From assembly GCA_934090795.1 (NCBI GenBank), contig CAKOJQ010000003.1:33252-97251 (forward strand): 64,000 bases of DNA, read 5' to 3'. The stretch's first letter is position 1. Every line of letters starts with the position of its first letter. A program made the translations under genes and the position numbers. Below the pieces are notes generated by a model that did no database searches, was not told where the DNA came from, and saw only the letters and a list, made by a program, of their open reading frames with translations. The stretch is from an uncultured Bacilli bacterium. Lineage in GTDB: Bacteria > Bacillota_I > Bacilli_A > RF39 > UBA660. Shown one piece after another: positions 59,324 to 64,000 of this stretch.

Positions 59324-60380
59324 ATACTCTATAATCTATTGTACTATTATTTATCTCTTTTTTCAAAACTTTTTGACTACTAATTGTTCCAATATTACTA
59401 AATTTTTCTTTAATTTTATCATTTACCAAATTTTCTACCTCTTCATCACTTAAAATATGTTTTTTATATCCATATTCTTTCTCTTTATAAAACTTAATTT
59501 TTAATCCTAATATCTTTATCTCTCTTATATTTTCTTGACTAAAATATTTATATTTATTTTTAAAAAATATTTTATCATTTATATTGATATTAAACCTAGA
59601 CTTACCAGTATATTCTTTTTTATTTTCTTCTTTAGGTATTGATACCTCTACGTCATACCATACATTACCATATACATATCCTGTTGCTAAAGTATCACCT
59701 TTAACTTCTTCATATAATTTAATTTCTCCACTAATTAAGACATCCCCTTTTTTAACATATTCCCCACTTCTAACTAAATTAACTCCTTTAGTAGATATAA
59801 TCTTAGTAATATAAGCATCTTTTTTAGCAATTATATTTCGGTATCCACTTTCTTTATTTATTTCTTTAATTTTTCTTTCTTCACATCTAATTATATATTT
59901 CATCCCATCTTTAGTAATACTAATCCACTCTAATTTATCTTTATTATTAATTAATATATTGTCTTGTATTTTTTCTAATTCATTAAAATCATAAGCAAAA
60001 GAATATTTCTTAACATTATTATTATCTAATTCTTTATATATTAACTTACGAATACTAGATGATGAATGTATTACTTCAATATCTACTATATAACTAGTTA
60101 TTATATCCATTAAAATAAAAGCAAGAATAAATATTATTATATAAAAAATATTATTTTTAATCATTTCTTTAAGTTTATTAATTCCAACATAACTAACTAT
60201 TTTAATCTTTGAATAATAATTTAATCTTTTAATTTTTTTATAATCATCTAAATTTATTATACATGTTATCTTATTATTATCTATATAACTTATATTAGAT
60301 AAATAAATCTTATTACTAATACACTTATTTATAAATCTATTAACACTTCCCGTTACTTCTATTTTAACTTGTTTATTCAT
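59244..60380 (-). CDS. yqfD: Sporulation protein YqfD
   Basis: MNKQVKIEVTGSVNRFINKCISNKIYLSNI N-terminus typical of YqfD; central TM; overlaps yqfC. Confidence 0.7.
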   Translation of the reverse strand: MNKQVKIEVTGSVNRFINKCISNKIYLSNISYIDNNKITCIINLDDYKKIKRLNYYSKIKIVSYVGINKLKEMIKNNIFYIIIFILAFILMDIITSYIVDIEVIHSSSSIRKLIYKELDNNNVKKYSFAYDFNELEKIQDNILINNKDKLEWISITKDGMKYIIRCEERKIKEINKESGYRNIIAKKDAYITKIISTKGVNLVRSGEYVKKGDVLISGEIKLYEEVKGDTLATGYVYGNVWYDVEVSIPKEENKKEYTGKSRFNININDKIFFKNKYKYFSQENIREIKILGLKIKFYKEKEYGYKKHILSDEEVENLVNDKIKEKFSNIGTISSQKVLKKEINNSTIDYRVFVICNELINEYQYYEKGDASDTQSSN

Positions 60381-60618
60381 AGGATACTCCTACAATATTA
60401 CCAGAAATAATTAATTCATTTTCTTGCATATGTTTTATTAACATATTACTACCTTTAATCTTTAAATTAAAATTATCAAATTTAACCATTGTTAAATTAT
60501 TATCAAATGAGATTATATCTTTATAATTATATAAATAAATATTATTTTTATATAAACAAATATAATAATTATTATTTCTTAAGGCGTTATTAATTATCTC
60601 TAGCATACGCTTCACCAT
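60373..60618 (-). CDS. yqfC: Sporulation protein YqfC
   Basis: 81 aa; ...LIISGNIVGVSYE C-terminus and position directly upstream of yqfD. Confidence 0.65.
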   Translation of the reverse strand: MVKRMLEIINNALRNNNYYICLYKNNIYLYNYKDIISFDNNLTMVKFDNFNLKIKGSNMLIKHMQENELIISGNIVGVSYE

Positions 60619-60673
60619 TTAATTATATGTTTTAAACAAAAGAAAACTACTGAAATTCAGTAGTTAAATATTA

Positions 60674-63600
60674 TTATGGTATTAATGTTATTCTAGCGTA
60701 ACCATTTCCTTCTTTAGCACAGTTTACAGTTGGTGTTTCACTATGGCACGTAGTTGTAACGGTCTTAGTACCTTCGGCACTTGATTCAGTACAATTATAA
60801 CAATACATTACTTTATTTGTTAATAATGTATTACCAATATATGATGAACCGCCGCCACCGCCACCGTAGCAGTTTCCACCAGTACCAGCGCCGCCACCAT
60901 AATAGCCTCCGCCTCCAGCACCGCCATTATTGCTGGCTTTACCATTTCCCCCAATTCCAAATGAACCAGCATTACACCAACCGCCATCTACGCACTTTCC
61001 TCCTGCAGTTTGTGTACCACCACCACCAGATTTATTAGAACAAGCTCCATCAACACCATTATTTCCACTTAAACCACCAGCGTTACCACCAGCACCAGAG
61101 TTACCTTTGCCACCGCCACCACCAGCAACAATTATAATGTTGTTTAAAGATGAAGATAAAGTGTTTAATTTGCCAATTGAAGTAGCAATATGTGTTGCTC
61201 CTCCACCACCAAATCCATTTGTTAGTGCAGTACCACCACCATTATATCCTCCAGTAATACCTGATCCAGCTCCACCGACATAAACATACAAACTATCATT
61301 TCTATTTAAATTTATAGTTCCAGAAGAATAGCCTCCTGTTCCTCCTGTTCCACCACCTTGGGCTCCCCAAGCTTCAAGTTTATATGTTCCAGCAATTGGT
61401 GCAGTAAATGTATAATATGGTTCTGAAAGACTTGTTGTTGAAGCAACATAATCGTATTCTATAAATTGAAAACTTCCTGTATAACTATATCTAGCTTCAA
61501 TAGTAATATCAGATGTTGCACTAAGTTTATTATTAGTTATATTTCCTTTTCCATCAGTTATTACATAACCATCAAACCTGTAATTATCATAGCTACTATG
61601 ATTAGGCATATCAATTGGTTTGCCTTTATATGCATATAATGTTGTTGTTTTATTTGAAACAGTATCAACTATTGTAACAGTGATATTTCCAGCTTTTTTT
61701 ATTTCACCAGCATATGTTATTCTTGCATAACCATTTCCTTCTTTAGCACAATTAGATGTTGGTGTTTCACTATGACATGTAGTTGAAAGCGTCTTAGTAG
61801 ATTCAACATTTGATTCAGTGCAATTATAGCAATACATCACTTTATTCGTTAATAATGTATTCCCAATATAGCCAGAACCGCCGCCGCCACCTCTATAATG
61901 AAGACCGCCGCCACCGCCATAAAGACCGCCGCCGCCACCTGATCCATCACCTTTACTAGATCCACCTTGACCAAATGAACCAGCGGTTTGACCAGTTCCA
62001 GCAGCAGTTTGACTGCCACCAGTTCCGCTTCCTGAAAAAATTCCTGCAGCACCTTGAATACCGCCACCTGAACCTCCATCGCTTGAATAGCTATCACTTT
62101 CATAAGAAGCGCCACCACCGCCACCAGACACTATAATTAGATTATCTAATTTATTTGATAGGGTATTAAGTAATCCAGTTGTTAGTGATATGAATGTAGC
62201 ACCACCTCCACTTCCAACTGTTTTACCATTAGTTGCACCAAATGCATTACCACCGCCATTATAGCCACCCGATACAGATGATTGAGTAGTACCATTTGTT
62301 CCTGCTCCGCCAACATAAATGTAAATCGTTTGTCCTTTTTTTAAATATATATTTGCAGCACTATATCCACCATAACCACCTACTTTTGTTTTAGCAGAAC
62401 CTCCTTGGGCTCCCCAAACTTCTATCTTATAATTTTCATCGATGGGAGCAGTAAAAGTATAGTAAGGTTCAATATTATTATTAGAAGGAGCTATATATGC
62501 ATATTCATCAATTACTTTATTTTTATATTTTACTTTCAAAACAACTTTATCACTATTTGGAGTTATTTTTGTTCCATTAATAGTTGCCAATCCACTCTCT
62601 AGTTCAAATTCATAAAAAACATAGTTATCGCTCAATTCCGGTGATAATGTTATTTCCATTCCCTTTTGCGTCTCTACCGTAGTAACTTTCTTTAGTTCCT
62701 CACTTACAATAGTTATTATTGACAATTCTTCTACAACTGAATCATCAGGTAAAGTGATTCTAGCATATCCATTTCCACTTTTAGCACAATTAGATGTTGG
62801 CGTTTCACTATGACAAGTTGTTGATACTGTTTTGGTAGATTCATCACTTGATTCAGTACAATTATAACAATACATTGACTTATTTGTTAAAAGCGAGTTC
62901 CCTATATAGCCCGAGCCTCCGCCTCCGCCGCATGAATCATTTACACCACCGCCATAGAAGCCACCGCCTCCACCACCAATTCCATATTGGTAACTACTAA
63001 CATATTTATAACTTCTACCTTGACCAAATGTTCCGCCACTATCACTTTCGGTTTGCTTGCCAGAAACACCATACACATCATTCTTTTGCAAATGTGGCTC
63101 ACCATCAACACCATTAAAGCCACCTCCGGATCCTCCTAGTCTAATTTGATATTTACTTGGTTCCCATCCGCCTACTCCACCGCCGCCGCCAGCGACAATA
63201 AGAATTGCTTGTTGATTAGTATTTAGTGTTGATAATAAACCAGATACAGTAGCAATGTGAGTTGCGCCTCCACCACCACCATTATATCTTGTTGAAGAAA
63301 CATTTCCACCATTGCCTCCACCATTATAACCACCTGAAGCAATTTCACTTGATGCTGAACCATTTGTTCCCTTGCCACCCACATTTATGTATAAAACATC
63401 ATTTTTATTTAAGGAAACAATTCCAAAAGAATAGCCACCATATCCGCTCTCATAAGTAGAAAAACCTCCACCTTGTGCTCCCCACGTTTCTAATTTATAT
63501 TTTCCATCTACCGGAGCTACAAATTTTTCATTATTACCCGTATAAGTAAATTCGATTTTATTAGTAGAAGAATATTTTGCCTTTATAGACGCATTCCCAT

Positions 63601-64000
63601 TTATTGTAATTTTATTTCCATTAATTGTTGCATTTCCTGACTCAACATTCCATCCTGAAAAATATGCACCTGCTTTAGAAGCAATAATTGGTAATTCATA
63701 AGTACTATTTTTTTCAAATTTAACTGTTTTATTAATATTACGCTGTTCATCAATTATTGTTAAATCAACAAGCTCCCCTGGCTTTTCAATTGTTATATAA
63801 GCAGATAATTGTTTTCCCATATCACTATTTTGATTCGTATAAGTTTTATTTGGAAACGCTAGCGTTAAAGTATAATTATGAACAACACCATTTTCAATAT
63901 TGCCTGATGTATCAAATGTTCCATATCCTAAACTTACCTTGCTAGATCCTGACTTCAACGTATTAGGTAAAACATAAGCAACTGTTCCATTATTATTAGT
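60674..64000 (-). CDS. Giant glycine-rich repeat protein: three ~350-aa modules (beta-strand lead-in, Gly-rich core, Cys-containing cap); N-terminus lies beyond the window end
   Basis: Reading frame stays open to position 64000. Each module: YTFTAPIxxxYKxExWGAQGG...GGYGGY...lYiYVGGAGtnG...GGYNGGG...GGGAThI...L..L...iIVaGGGGG...GSFGqGG...GGGGGsgYIGNTLLTNKVMYCYNCTESxxExTKTxxTTCHSETPTxNCAKEGNGYARITL. Confidence 0.6.
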   Translation of the reverse strand, partial: TNNNGTVAYVLPNTLKSGSSKVSLGYGTFDTSGNIENGVVHNYTLTLAFPNKTYTNQNSDMGKQLSAYITIEKPGELVDLTIIDEQRNINKTVKFEKNSTYELPIIASKAGAYFSGWNVESGNATINGNKITINGNASIKAKYSSTNKIEFTYTGNNEKFVAPVDGKYKLETWGAQGGGFSTYESGYGGYSFGIVSLNKNDVLYINVGGKGTNGSASSEIASGGYNGGGNGGNVSSTRYNGGGGGATHIATVSGLLSTLNTNQQAILIVAGGGGGVGGWEPSKYQIRLGGSGGGFNGVDGEPHLQKNDVYGVSGKQTESDSGGTFGQGRSYKYVSSYQYGIGGGGGGFYGGGVNDSCGGGGGSGYIGNSLLTNKSMYCYNCTESSDESTKTVSTTCHSETPTSNCAKSGNGYARITLPDDSVVEELSIITIVSEELKKVTTVETQKGMEITLSPELSDNYVFYEFELESGLATINGTKITPNSDKVVLKVKYKNKVIDEYAYIAPSNNNIEPYYTFTAPIDENYKIEVWGAQGGSAKTKVGGYGGYSAANIYLKKGQTIYIYVGGAGTNGTTQSSVSGGYNGGGNAFGATNGKTVGSGGGATFISLTTGLLNTLSNKLDNLIIVSGGGGGASYESDSYSSDGGSGGGIQGAAGIFSGSGTGGSQTAAGTGQTAGSFGQGGSSKGDGSGGGGGLYGGGGGLHYRGGGGGSGYIGNTLLTNKVMYCYNCTESNVESTKTLSTTCHSETPTSNCAKEGNGYARITYAGEIKKAGNITVTIVDTVSNKTTTLYAYKGKPIDMPNHSSYDNYRFDGYVITDGKGNITNNKLSATSDITIEARYSYTGSFQFIEYDYVASTTSLSEPYYTFTAPIAGTYKLEAWGAQGGGTGGTGGYSSGTINLNRNDSLYVYVGGAGSGITGGYNGGGTALTNGFGGGGATHIATSIGKLNTLSSSLNNIIIVAGGGGGKGNSGAGGNAGGLSGNNGVDGACSNKSGGGGTQTAGGKCVDGGWCNAGSFGIGGNGKASNNGGAGGGGYYGGGAGTGGNCYGGGGGGSSYIGNTLLTNKVMYCYNCTESSAEGTKTVTTTCHSETPTVNCAKEGNGYARITLIP

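Noticed and set aside
60781-63945. Plus-strand ORFs inside the glycine-rich giant gene (60781..61038, 60930..61283, 62405..62602, 63262..63459, 63757..63945) and short minus-strand ORFs in alternative frames of it (61849..62124, 62941..63123).
   Set aside because: These are Pro/His-rich or Ala/Val-rich translations of the complement or alternate frame of GGN/GCC-rich repeats, which is an artefact of biased composition.
1-64000. Possibility of an alternative genetic code (UGA=Trp, Mollicutes-like) given the extreme AT content.
   Set aside because: TGA is used as a genuine stop (for example at the end of the C39-ABC transporter gene), and no conserved protein requires read-through of TGA. Standard bacterial code 11 fits.
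1-64000. CRISPR arrays, integrases/transposases, prophage structural genes.
   Set aside because: No short direct-repeat/spacer arrays, no recombinase or transposase motifs and no capsid, tail or terminase genes were seen. The accessory regions here appear to be paralogue expansions rather than classical mobile elements.

Overview
The window is a very AT-rich, low-GC Firmicutes chromosomal segment. Sporulation genes yqfC/yqfD and several Bacillus-type syntenies are present: nusB-xseA, recU-ponA, dnaD-nth, ruvX-DUF1292-mltG, and yqfC-yqfD-ybeY-dgkA-cdd-era-recO. Nearly all genes are on the minus strand, there are no in-frame TGA codons (code 11), and no tRNA, rRNA or CRISPR was found. The housekeeping backbone (PBP2, Nfo, ParC, EngB, RecU, PBP1A, Nth, DnaD, CCA, PriA, Y-family polymerase+YolD, TtcA+cysteine desulfurase, MltG, RuvX, HemW, RecO, Era, Cdd, YbeY) is interrupted by accessory material. 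(1) A class II two-peptide bacteriocin-type locus: a C39-peptidase ABC exporter translationally coupled to two unannotated double-glycine-leader peptide genes (50 and 43 aa) that are missing from the ORF track. (2) A ~10 kb island made entirely of paralogues: two SF2 (ResIII-like) helicases carrying variable numbers of ~68-aa 'helicase-associated' repeats, small partner proteins, a decayed third cassette, and a tandem pair of two-TM membrane proteins. (3) A 4x ~800-bp tandem array of small 2-TM proteins with identical promoters and identical C-terminal tails but divergent membrane domains. (4) A giant glycine-rich, triply repeated surface protein running off the window end. (5) Gene decay inside a conserved operon: a frameshifted and truncated dgkA, a catalytically degenerate second cdd copy, and two MazF/PemK-fold proteins without antitoxin partners, one with an in-frame TAA. 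Sigma-A promoters (TTGTAT-17-TATAAT and AAAAAATGTTTGCTTTTT-type) and several rho-independent terminators can be read directly.
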